A stretch of 64,000 nt of DNA. Origin: a virus (Duplodnaviria; Caudoviricetes). Every line of letters starts with the position of its first letter. The stretch's first letter is position 1. The notes under the pieces are model-generated. The model ran no database searches, was not told the origin of the DNA, and worked only from the letters and a program-made list of their open reading frames with translations. The translations under genes and the position numbers were made by a program. Positions 1 through 7,567 of the stretch are shown piece by piece. The stretch spans positions 1 to 64,000 of IMG/VR virus record IMGVR_UViG_3300033066_001190. One strand, given 5' to 3'.

Positions 1-240
1 GCTACCTAACTGGCTATCTAACTGGCTACCTAACTGGCTATGTAACTGGCTACCTAACTGGCTACGTAACTGCCTATTTAACTGGCTATGTAACTGACTA
101 CTTAACTGGCTACGTAACTGCCTATCTAACTGGCTATATAACTGGCTATCTAACTGGCTATCTAACTGGTTATATAACTGGCTATCTAACTGGCTATATA
201 ACTGGCTATATAACTGGCTATATAACTGGCTATCTAACTG
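1..240 (-). repeat. Coding 12-bp tandem repeat, 20 visible copies (consensus CAG TTA NRT AGC = Q-L-x-S)
   Basis: Plus-strand units gctaYNtaactg repeat in exact 12-bp register from 1 to 240; truncated by the window edge. Confidence 0.97.
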
Positions 241-600
241 GTTATTAATTTGTTTACCAAAATTAAAAAATAAAATAAAATAAGAACTAATTTTGCATTT
301 TATCTCATTTATTTCTATTTCTACAAATTCATTATTTAAAACATAAAGAATATTTCTAAATCTTTCTTCGTTTAATTTTAAATAATTAAATAAATATTGT
401 TGTTCTAATGGATTTTCGGCTACTAAAACAACAGGCATTTTCAAACCACATTTTTCATAATTCCATTTAATTGCTTCTTTTGCTTTTTCTAAATTAAAAT
501 TATGATATTTAGAGCCATTATAAATAGGTTCTAAAACTTTTTTTTGATATTCTGGTATTTTAGCTTTTATTTCTGGAGTAAAGTCTTGTAAAGTTTTCAT
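1..600 (-). CDS. Repeat-containing protein, DUF6745-like (3' end runs off the window; missing from the ORF track)
   Basis: ATG at 600 overlaps the TGA of 597..845. Translates MKTLQDFTPEIKAKIPEYQKKVLEPIY...AIKWNYEKCGLKMPVVLVAENPLEQQ..., then 20 in-frame Q-L-x-S repeats, open to base 1. Confidence 0.8.
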   Translation of the reverse strand, partial: MKTLQDFTPEIKAKIPEYQKKVLEPIYNGSKYHNFNLEKAKEAIKWNYEKCGLKMPVVLVAENPLEQQYLFNYLKLNEERFRNILYVLNNEFVEIEINEIKCKISSYFILFFNFGKQINNQLDSQLYSQLYSQLYSQLDSQLYNQLDSQLDSQLYSQLDRQLRSQLSSQLHSQLNRQLRSQLGSQLHSQLGSQLDSQLGS

Positions 601-845
601 AAATTTAAATTTATATTAAGAAATTGCTTTGTGTTTGTTAGGTTTAATGGCTTATAATTAGCTATATATTCTTCTTTTGCTAATCTTTTCTTAGCTCTTA
701 TGTTCTTAACATGCATTTCATCAATTGTTCTTCTAACATAATGCATTTTTACATTGAATTTTGCAGCTATTTCTTCATCTTTTAAACCCATTAAGAAGTT
801 ATCAAAAATACATTGATCTAATTCAGGTTTGCTTAAATTTTCCAT
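597..845 (-). CDS. HTH DNA-binding protein
   Basis: GLKDEEIAAKFNVKMHYVRR helix-turn-helix pattern. Confidence 0.6.
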   Translation of the reverse strand: MENLSKPELDQCIFDNFLMGLKDEEIAAKFNVKMHYVRRTIDEMHVKNIRAKKRLAKEEYIANYKPLNLTNTKQFLNINLNL

Positions 846-851
846 TTTGTG

Positions 852-1169
852 TTATACATTGTTTTTACGAACCTTATAACCAGATTTTTCAAGTACAAAA
901 ATCATCTTTTTTAAATTTGTAAGAGGTCTACCTCTATTTTCTCCAATTGGTTCTAAATCATATTTTAATATCCATCTGTATAAATTTCTTTCACTACATC
1001 CAAGTTCTTCAGCATATGCTTTTCGACTCATGTTTGGTTTGTCTTTAAACAATTGTTTTACAATAGCCACATTAGCTTTTTCAAGATTATAATCACTTAA
1101 TTCAATTGAAAAGGATTGTTTAGTATTAGTTTTCCGTATTTGAGTTTTATGGTTTAGTTTATTTTTCAT
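852..1169 (-). CDS. HTH DNA-binding protein
   Basis: SRKAYAEELGCSERNLYRWI HTH pattern. Confidence 0.7.
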   Translation of the reverse strand: MKNKLNHKTQIRKTNTKQSFSIELSDYNLEKANVAIVKQLFKDKPNMSRKAYAEELGCSERNLYRWILKYDLEPIGENRGRPLTNLKKMIFVLEKSGYKVRKNNV

Positions 1170-1471
1170 AATTTATATTTTTGGTAAGTTTCTTCGAATG
1201 TGTTTATTATTAATTGTTTGTCTACTACAATATTTTGATGATTTATATCACAATCTCAATCAGCTTTTTCAGCAGCTTTTTCAAGAGCAATTTTAATTAC
1301 TTCTTGAATATGAAGATTGTATTCTTCTGAAGTAAAAATGATTAGTTTTTCTTCATATACATTATAATCTTTATCAAAAGATTTATAATAATCAGAATTA
1401 TCAACACGTCCTACTTGTAAGGTTATATCATCTGAAGTAGGAATATAAACAGTTTTAAGTGTTGGTTTCAT
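1166..1471 (-). pseudogene. Hypothetical protein gene with an internal in-frame TGA (1256-1258)
   Basis: The frame continues past the TGA (AAEKAD*DCDINHQNIVVDKQLIINTFEETYQKYKL) and ends in an ATGA overlap with the start of 852..1169. Confidence 0.7.
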
Positions 1472-2054
1472 ATATTAAATTCTGTTTTAATTTTTCATTA
1501 GCTTTCTCATATTTAGAAATTTGTTCTAAATTCTTCTTGTAGGTTTCAGTTTCTTCTTTCAATTCTGAATTTTTCTGTAAATAGTAATTAATCATTTTTT
1601 GATTGGAATCAATTTGTTTTTTAATTGCAGATTCTACTTCATAACTAATATCATCTAATAAAGCATAGGAAAGTTTTTTATTCAATCTTTCTATTTCTTC
1701 CAAGATTTTTTTATTCCTTTCAAGTTTCATATTTGCTTCTAAAATTTCAAAACATTCATGATAAATTTTAACAAACAATAAGCATTGTAATTTATAATCA
1801 GTAGAATTCCAAATCTTATTAGAATAATCAAAACACTTATTAAATACTTCTCCTAAATTGTTTAAAGCGTCTTCAAAAATATATAGCTCATCAGGATCTC
1901 CATAATAATGCAATTGAGCTTTTACATTGTTTTCTTCATACACTTTATTATCTTCTGTACATATTGACATATAAAAAGATAAATTTTGTTCTGAAGAACA
2001 AAGATTGTACTTTCCTACAGAGCATTGTGTTATTCTTATTTTGTGTGGTTTCAT
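1455..2054 (-). CDS. Hypothetical protein with C-terminal coiled coil
   Basis: 199-aa ORF, overlap-coupled with its neighbours. Confidence 0.75.
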   Translation of the reverse strand: MKPHKIRITQCSVGKYNLCSSEQNLSFYMSICTEDNKVYEENNVKAQLHYYGDPDELYIFEDALNNLGEVFNKCFDYSNKIWNSTDYKLQCLLFVKIYHECFEILEANMKLERNKKILEEIERLNKKLSYALLDDISYEVESAIKKQIDSNQKMINYYLQKNSELKEETETYKKNLEQISKYEKANEKLKQNLIYETNT

Positions 2055-2311
2055 ATATCTAGTTTTAAATTTGTAGGATTATTCCAAGCTAATTCATACA
2101 TTCTATCTTTCATTTCTTCTGTAAGTTCAAAAGGTAAATCTTCCTCAGATTCAAACTCAACGGTATTACCTTCTGGCGCATTTTCGTTATCACCTTCTTC
2201 AATCATACTAAACCAGTATTCTTCGCCATCAAAAGTAAAAGATATGCTAGTTTCATTTTTAAAATATGTTTTTCCTCTTGTTTCAAATTGAATTTCAAAA
2301 TCTTTATTCAT
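2051..2311 (-). CDS. Acidic hypothetical protein
   Basis: ATGA-coupled ORF in the early operon. Confidence 0.7.
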   Translation of the reverse strand: MNKDFEIQFETRGKTYFKNETSISFTFDGEEYWFSMIEEGDNENAPEGNTVEFESEEDLPFELTEEMKDRMYELAWNNPTNLKLDI

Positions 2312-2598
2312 ATATCTAGTTCTAAATTTGCGATGTAGTCCTCAAATTGACTATAAGTTGGTTTTATATCATCTATTGAATCAATGTTATCAACAGACCT
2401 TCCAGCTAAAAAAGCTTTTTCGATTTCTGGAATTAAAGGAATTAATTTATATTGATATAGAATTGACTGCAATACATCTATTTCTTTTTGAATAGGCATA
2501 TCATGTCTCTCATTAACAAAAGATAGTCGTTTATTACAATTTTCTATTCTTTTTTCTATTTCTTCCTTATTTATAATGATGTATTTGTCTTTATTCAT
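2308..2598 (-). CDS. Hypothetical protein
   Basis: Coupled ORF with IEKAFLAGR...FEDY pattern seen in small Bacteroidota-phage proteins. Confidence 0.7.
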   Translation of the reverse strand: MNKDKYIIINKEEIEKRIENCNKRLSFVNERHDMPIQKEIDVLQSILYQYKLIPLIPEIEKAFLAGRSVDNIDSIDDIKPTYSQFEDYIANLELDI

Positions 2599-2824
2599 TT
2601 TCTTTTACAAATTTAGGTTGTAAAATATCATCTACAATATCTGAAATTAATTCAGGAGCATCAATAAGTGTATTATCAGATTGCATAATCCCTTCTCCAC
2701 TATGCGAAGCATAATGACTAGGATGTTGCATCCATTCAATTATTTTATTTAGTATAGCATCAGCTACTTCAGAGGTATAATTAACTTTGTATATACAGTC
2801 TCCAATTTTTATTTCTTTGTTCAT
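2591..2824 (-). CDS. Hypothetical protein
   Basis: Overlap-coupled ORF. Confidence 0.7.
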   Translation of the reverse strand: MNKEIKIGDCIYKVNYTSEVADAILNKIIEWMQHPSHYASHSGEGIMQSDNTLIDAPELISDIVDDILQPKFVKENE

Positions 2825-3027
2825 ATTATAACAGCTTTATTGTCAATGATTTCAATTTTGTTTGCAAAACCTCTTAAAACAACCTTTGGTTGAATCTTAT
2901 TCCATTTTGTTTCCACAGGAACTCTACAATCAATGTCTTTCACTGCTATACAATGTTTATTCCAATGTAATGTTAATTCTCCCGTTGATTTTCTAAAATG
3001 AAAGAAAAATCTTTTCTTTTTATTCAT
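2821..3027 (-). CDS. Small hypothetical phage protein
   Basis: RFFFHF...HW...C.VP.ETKWN..QP..V.RG pattern; coupled to neighbours. Confidence 0.7.
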   Translation of the reverse strand: MNKKKRFFFHFRKSTGELTLHWNKHCIAVKDIDCRVPVETKWNKIQPKVVLRGFANKIEIIDNKAVII

Positions 3028-3184
3028 ACCATAATGTTTTAAAGTATTTAGGATATCTTTTAATAATTTCTTGACAATCGTTATACATCTTCATACTAAT
3101 TGGTTGATTGATGTATTGTATTATCCATACAAACCAAACATCAGATGGTATATCTTGATCGCTTTCATGCTTTATATTACTCAT
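3020..3184 (-). CDS. Small hypothetical protein, 54 aa (not in the ORF track)
   Basis: MSNIKHESDQDIPSDVWFVWIIQY...KRYPKYFKTLWYE* fills the gap and overlaps the next start. Confidence 0.55.
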   Translation of the reverse strand: MSNIKHESDQDIPSDVWFVWIIQYINQPISMKMYNDCQEIIKRYPKYFKTLWYE

Positions 3185-3195
3185 ACCATAAAATT

Positions 3196-3918
3196 TTAGT
3201 TCTTTGTTCTTTCCAAATTTTGTTCATTTTCAAAATAAGTTTTTAGAATATTATAATAATTGTCATATTCCCCATTAAGGACTTTTACAATAGTTATTCT
3301 TGAAAAATTGAGAATTTCTTTTATTTTTCTTGAAGGCATTCCTCTTAATTTTTTGATATTTTCTATATCTTTAATGGTAATTTTAAAAGGGTCTTGAACT
3401 TTTAATTTGGGTAAATTTAAATGTTTCCAAGTCCTACCATGTAAAATATCCCTTATAGAAGCAATAGAAAGATTATATTTTTTATTTATCAATTCTTTAG
3501 GAATTCTATTAATACAGAAAAATCTTATGTCCTCAATATCTTTGCTTTGCAAAAAAGTTCTTCCATGTTTTTCTCCAAAACAATGTAATTTATTTTTAAC
3601 AGCATGTTTTCTGTTTTCCTGATTTGTATTCCATTCAAGATTTTCAATTCTGTTATCTGTCTTAATACCATTAATATGATTAACTTCTGGTTTGTTTTTT
3701 GGATTAGGTATAAAATGTTGCGCAACTAATCTGTGAATTAGTTTAAAATTAGCTTTATTATTACTTCGTAAAGAAACTCTATAATATCCATTTTTTGTTA
3801 ATAGAGGACGTAATTCTTTACCCTACATACCTTTTTTACTACTTAAACTCCTAATTTTACCAGTATTAGATACTTCATAAGAATCTTCATATTCTTTTAT
3901 CGGCTTCCATTGTTCCAT
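3196..3918 (-). pseudogene. NUMOD4-HNH homing endonuclease with an in-frame TAG at codon 32
   Basis: MEQWKPIKEYEDSYEVSNTGKIRS (NUMOD4)...GM*GKELRP...IHRLVAQHFIPNPKNKPEVNHINGIKTDNRIENLEW (HNH), in frame with track ORF 3196..3552; TAG at 3825-3823. Confidence 0.88.
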
Positions 3919-3938
3919 GTTATTTGTATATTTATATG

Positions 3939-3970
3939 CAAATATATAAATACTATATCAATATACCAAA
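3939..3970 (-). promoter_or_regulatory. Bacteroidota sigma-A-type promoter upstream of the HNH gene
   Basis: TTTG-N20-TATATTTG matches the -33/-7 consensus TTTG...TAnnTTTG. Confidence 0.7.
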
Positions 3971-4114
3971 TTTATTTTACATCTATTGCAACTTTCTCAC
4001 AAAAATATTCTTCTCTACAATTAAGAAAAACACAATTGTTGTTTAATGTACAGCTCTCTCCCTGTTTTTTAATTCCGTTTTTACTACAGGAATTTAGTTT
4101 AATTAATTTGTATT

Positions 4115-4561
4115 TCATAAAAATCCTTGTTTTCTGTTAGAAATAATGAATAATACTTCTTCTTTAGTCATTAATCTGTATTTTTCTCCATCGGGGTCGT
4201 TATTCAAAAAATCACAAACTCCTTCTTTTGAATAACTTAGAGGATAGGTAAATCCATCTGTTAAAAAATTTGTCATGGTATATTTACTCCATTCTTTAGC
4301 TACGACTTTTTTGTTGTCTGAATGATTAATAATTACCCCTAAGTTCCAAGTCAATTTCCAACTAACTGTAGCAGCATATCCTATGTTTTCTTTTGTTATT
4401 TCTTTAACCTTTGAATTGATGATAAACAAACCATAGTTGTTTCTATCTAACATTTCAGGTGTAAAATGTGTTACTTCTTCCTTAGCTTCTTTCTTAAAAG
4501 ACCAGCTAGAAAACACAAGTGGTAATCCTAATAAGGATTTAATAAAGTTGTTTCTTTTCAT
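4115..4561 (-). CDS. Hypothetical protein with a degenerate Tat-like N-terminus
   Basis: MKRNNFIKSLLGLPLVFSS resembles an RRxFLK signal with the second R replaced by N. Confidence 0.6.
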   Translation of the reverse strand: MKRNNFIKSLLGLPLVFSSWSFKKEAKEEVTHFTPEMLDRNNYGLFIINSKVKEITKENIGYAATVSWKLTWNLGVIINHSDNKKVVAKEWSKYTMTNFLTDGFTYPLSYSKEGVCDFLNNDPDGEKYRLMTKEEVLFIISNRKQGFL

Positions 4562-4693
4562 TTTAATTAGTTTATAAACATAAAAATAGAAGTAATAAGC
4601 TAAATATTATCATACTTAGACTAAATATTAACAACTCTTTATCAGTAAATTTGTTTAATAAAAGTTGTACTACATATCGCATATTATTGATAT

Positions 4694-5035
4694 TTAAATT
4701 AAGTTGATTAATACATATTCAATTGCAGCAGAGTAGGCTTCTGATAGTGAATTGAATCTAGATGTTTCACAATCATCTATTGTTTTATATGGATTACCTA
4801 CTTCCCCACTAATAAAATAATACCAATAGACACTACATGGATATTCATCTCCATTATTTTGTGGAGTCCAATCAACGCTAATCCAAATTCCATATTTCTC
4901 ATACAACCACATTATAACCTGCATTATTTCAGAATGTAGATGCTGATTATCTTTATTCATAGAATCTAATTCTTCTACAGTATTTTGATAGTAATGCTTG
5001 TAACCTTTTTTACTTAGTCTTTTGAATATTTCCAT
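4694..5035 (-). CDS. Hypothetical protein, paralog of 6036..6437
   Basis: EIFKRLSKKGY...VIMWLYEKYGIWI...EAYSAAIEY aligns by eye with EIAKLLKKKGF...VVDWCFNKYKYSI...KALEDTINH. Confidence 0.7.
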   Translation of the reverse strand: MEIFKRLSKKGYKHYYQNTVEELDSMNKDNQHLHSEIMQVIMWLYEKYGIWISVDWTPQNNGDEYPCSVYWYYFISGEVGNPYKTIDDCETSRFNSLSEAYSAAIEYVLINLI

Positions 5036-5847
5036 ATAAAATTATTTGCTGTTTTTTGTTTATTTTTACAACATCTTATTATAGATGATTTAGATGTTTT
5101 TGTTTGTTTGGAAGCTTCTGAAATAGAAATCCAAGTCTTAATTAGCAATCCTTCTAAATTATATTGATTTACTTGAAAAGGTTTACCTATGTATACTTTT
5201 TTAGGCTTTTGTATATAATCAATTGGATTTTCTTTTCTCTTCCAAATAAACCCTTTGGAAGATTTTTGTTTTCCATTTACACAAGAGTTTATGCCACTTT
5301 CATAAATGCCTAATTTATTAGCAGCTTCTCTCATTGAAAACCATTCTCTAATAAAATTCATTTCTAAATTATATTGTATAATAGAAACGCTAAGTTTTTT
5401 ACTAATATTCTTTTTCCACTCCTCTGTTCTTTTTTTACCAATGTTTGCTTTTCTTATTTTCTCTTTTCTTTCTTCATTAAATTTTTTTCCTTTTAAACTA
5501 TTAGATATTTTTTGTTTTACGTCATCAATATGAGAGGCTCCTTCACCACCAAAAGTCTTATTGTAACCATATAAATCAATATGTGATTTATATTCTTTAA
5601 TTAATTTTATTTCTAATTCATTAAGAGTTATTTCTTCTATCTCCTCAAAAGAGTCTAAAATCAAAAAACTAAAATTAACTTCACCATATTTATTAAATGA
5701 ACTTTGTAAATGAGAATTTGGATGAGTGTTGCTTTTTAAGGCATATAAATGTTTTTCCCATCTTTCAGATATATTTTTAGATTTACCAATATAAACTTTA
5801 TTGTTTATAACATTTTTTATACAATAAATTCCACAAATTTTATCCAT
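5014..5847 (-). CDS. GIY-YIG homing endonuclease with NUMOD3/NUMOD1 domains
   Basis: GIYCIKN...VYIGKS..ISERW..H; GYN.T.GG; two QYNLE..I..W.S..EA...I..C..GK modules. Confidence 0.93.
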   Translation of the reverse strand: MDKICGIYCIKNVINNKVYIGKSKNISERWEKHLYALKSNTHPNSHLQSSFNKYGEVNFSFLILDSFEEIEEITLNELEIKLIKEYKSHIDLYGYNKTFGGEGASHIDDVKQKISNSLKGKKFNEERKEKIRKANIGKKRTEEWKKNISKKLSVSIIQYNLEMNFIREWFSMREAANKLGIYESGINSCVNGKQKSSKGFIWKRKENPIDYIQKPKKVYIGKPFQVNQYNLEGLLIKTWISISEASKQTKTSKSSIIRCCKNKQKTANNFIWKYSKD

Positions 5848-5977
5848 TTCCTACCTCCTTTATTAAAAGTGTTCTAATATAAGAGGAAACAGAAAGCCCA
5901 AGAGACTTAGCTTTTTCTTGAACTTTCTTTTTTAGTTCTGAGTTAATTCTGATTAAAATGTCTTTTTCTTTTAGCAT
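5840..5977 (-). CDS. Ribbon-helix-helix (CopG/Arc-like) protein, 45 aa (not in the ORF track)
   Basis: MLKEKDILIRINSELKKKVQEKAKSLGLSVSSYIRTLLIKEVGNG; overlaps the GIY-YIG start and contains an AAGGAGG site just before it. Confidence 0.8.
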   Translation of the reverse strand: MLKEKDILIRINSELKKKVQEKAKSLGLSVSSYIRTLLIKEVGNG

Positions 5978-5999
5978 AATTATAGTATTTTATACATTA

Positions 6000-6031
6000 C
6001 AAATGTACTACATTATTTTGACATTTCCAAA
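6000..6031 (-). promoter_or_regulatory. Bacteroidota sigma-A-type promoter for the RHH/GIY-YIG pair
   Basis: TTTG-N20-TACATTTG, overlapped by TACAT/ATGTA half-site repeats. Confidence 0.75.
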
Positions 6032-6035
6032 TATT

Positions 6036-6437
6036 TTAACAAAAATTAAATAAAAAATGATTTATGGTGTCTTCTAATGCTTTTTCTACTGTGGAATAAT
6101 CTTTGGATGTATAAAAAATTTTCAATTTATAATCTTCTGACCCTTTAATTAAACCATTAAAAACATAACAACCGTCATATTCTCCTGACTCTGGTATGTT
6201 AATAGAGTATTCTATAGAATATTTATACTTATTGAAACACCAATCAACAACATCTGCTATTGTAGGAGCTGAAATAAGACCTTCGTATTGATTATGATTT
6301 ATACAAATAGTTTCAGAATCACCATCTCCATTATCTAAGCCATATTTATCGTAATATAGATTTACTTTTTCATCAAATCCCTTCTTTTTTAAGAGTTTTG
6401 CGATTTCTATACTTACTTCTTTATTGAGTGCTTTCAT
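6036..6437 (-). CDS. Hypothetical phage protein (SAPT..V..W pattern)
   Basis: VSIEIAKLLKKKGFD...ISAPTIADVVDW. Confidence 0.75.
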   Translation of the reverse strand: MKALNKEVSIEIAKLLKKKGFDEKVNLYYDKYGLDNGDGDSETICINHNQYEGLISAPTIADVVDWCFNKYKYSIEYSINIPESGEYDGCYVFNGLIKGSEDYKLKIFYTSKDYSTVEKALEDTINHFLFNFC

Positions 6438-6451
6438 AATTTATTTTTGTT

Positions 6452-6679
6452 TTAATCCTGAATAGCTAATTTAAATTCAGTACCTGTTGGGAAATAAGAT
6501 AGATTTTCATTATTACCGCTATCTAATAACCTATAAGCAGTGTTATTATTTTCAGTGTCAATAATACATAATCCACTAGCTCCACCATACTCTATATTAA
6601 TACCTAATTTTTCCATTTCTTCATACAGTTTATTTACTTTTTGCATGAATGAGTGATGTTCTTTTAATACTAATGCCAT
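6452..6679 (-). CDS. Hypothetical protein
   Basis: ORF in the early operon. Confidence 0.65.
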   Translation of the reverse strand: MALVLKEHHSFMQKVNKLYEEMEKLGINIEYGGASGLCIIDTENNNTAYRLLDSGNNENLSYFPTGTEFKLAIQD

Positions 6680-6681
6680 TT

Positions 6682-7059
6682 TTATTTATTTTGTTTTTCA
6701 TACCAGATGAGAAATTGGTTTATTGCTTCTACAACTGCTTCTTTTTTAGATGTTTTTATTTTCATAGAAATATAAAAATCTTCTTGTTCGCCATTTTTTT
6801 GTTCTATAGTACAACCTTCTTTTCTAAACCAAATAGTAACGGCTGTATTGCTCGTTTTCTCAATAACATCAATTACCTCATGAATCCAATTCCAATCAGA
6901 GTGAAATTTTAAATCATTTTGAAAGTAAACCATTTCATCCATTTTAATAGTGTTGGTTTCATAACTATTATGATATTTTGGATTAATACCATTATATTTT
7001 TTCCAACCTAAAAATATAGCACAACGTTTATTAAATTTTAATATTTCTTCTTGATTCAT
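6682..7059 (-). CDS. Hypothetical phage protein (LKFHSDWNW pattern)
   Basis: FNKRCAIFLGW...LKFHSDWNWIHEVIDVIE...EAVVEAINQFLIWY. Confidence 0.75.
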   Translation of the reverse strand: MNQEEILKFNKRCAIFLGWKKYNGINPKYHNSYETNTIKMDEMVYFQNDLKFHSDWNWIHEVIDVIEKTSNTAVTIWFRKEGCTIEQKNGEQEDFYISMKIKTSKKEAVVEAINQFLIWYEKQNK

Positions 7060-7076
7060 AATTTGTTAATTTATTG

Positions 7077-7340
7077 TTAAAACCATTTTATCACTTTACT
7101 CAATAATCCAGCATATATTACAAACATAAAACTCAATAATGCCCAAATTGATATAATTTCAAAGAAATTTCCTTCAAATGGGTTAAATGGGACATTTTTT
7201 TCATTGCATTTCTTGTTTACATTATATACAGAATATATCCCTAAAATGATTATAATAGATAGTATTGTTATTTCTTTCATTTGTTTTGATTTTAAGTTTA
7301 ACCATTCCATCTCTAACACATTTAGGTTTTCTAACTTCAT
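7077..7340 (-). CDS. Small membrane protein (true start probably the internal Met near 7280)
   Basis: Two hydrophobic segments. Confidence 0.55.
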   Translation of the reverse strand: MKLENLNVLEMEWLNLKSKQMKEITILSIIIILGIYSVYNVNKKCNEKNVPFNPFEGNFFEIISIWALLSFMFVIYAGLLSKVIKWF

Positions 7341-7406
7341 GCGAAACAGCTTTCATAGCATATTGAACTATTTCATGTGTACAAGGTTTCATTTTAATTA
7401 ATTTTG

Positions 7407-7553
7407 TTCTGTGGGCAGGATTCGAACCTGCATGAGTAACATTTTCAAATTTGCCTATGGCTAACAAAAGCAGTAAACTGCATTAATTTTCTATTTGCTA
7501 GGTCTTACTCTAGGGCAACCCTCTTTAGCGTCTGCCAATTCCGCCACCACAGA
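7407..7553 (-). ncRNA. Atypical tRNA-like RNA (Leu/Ser-type D and T arms, no canonical anticodon arm, ~80-nt variable arm)
   Basis: Acceptor TCTGTGG/CCACAGA with discriminator A; U8; D arm GCGG-AATTGGCAGA-CGC; T arm GCAGG-TTCGAAT-CCTGC; ~95 nt between D and T arms. Confidence 0.8.
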
Positions 7554-7567
7554 ATCCTTAAAGATTA

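Noticed and set aside
1-240. CRISPR array or DGR variable region
   Set aside because: The units are contiguous 12-mers with no spacers and lie in frame in a CDS. Other adenines in the unit are invariant, unlike DGR mutagenesis, and no RT or template repeat is in the window.
7407-7553. Amber/ochre suppressor tRNA, tmRNA, or tRNA-associated HDV-like ribozyme
   Set aside because: The CTA and TTA triplets are not in a canonical U33 7-nt loop on a 5-bp stem; there is no G3:U70 pair or tag ORF; the 3' flank is plain AT-rich sequence.
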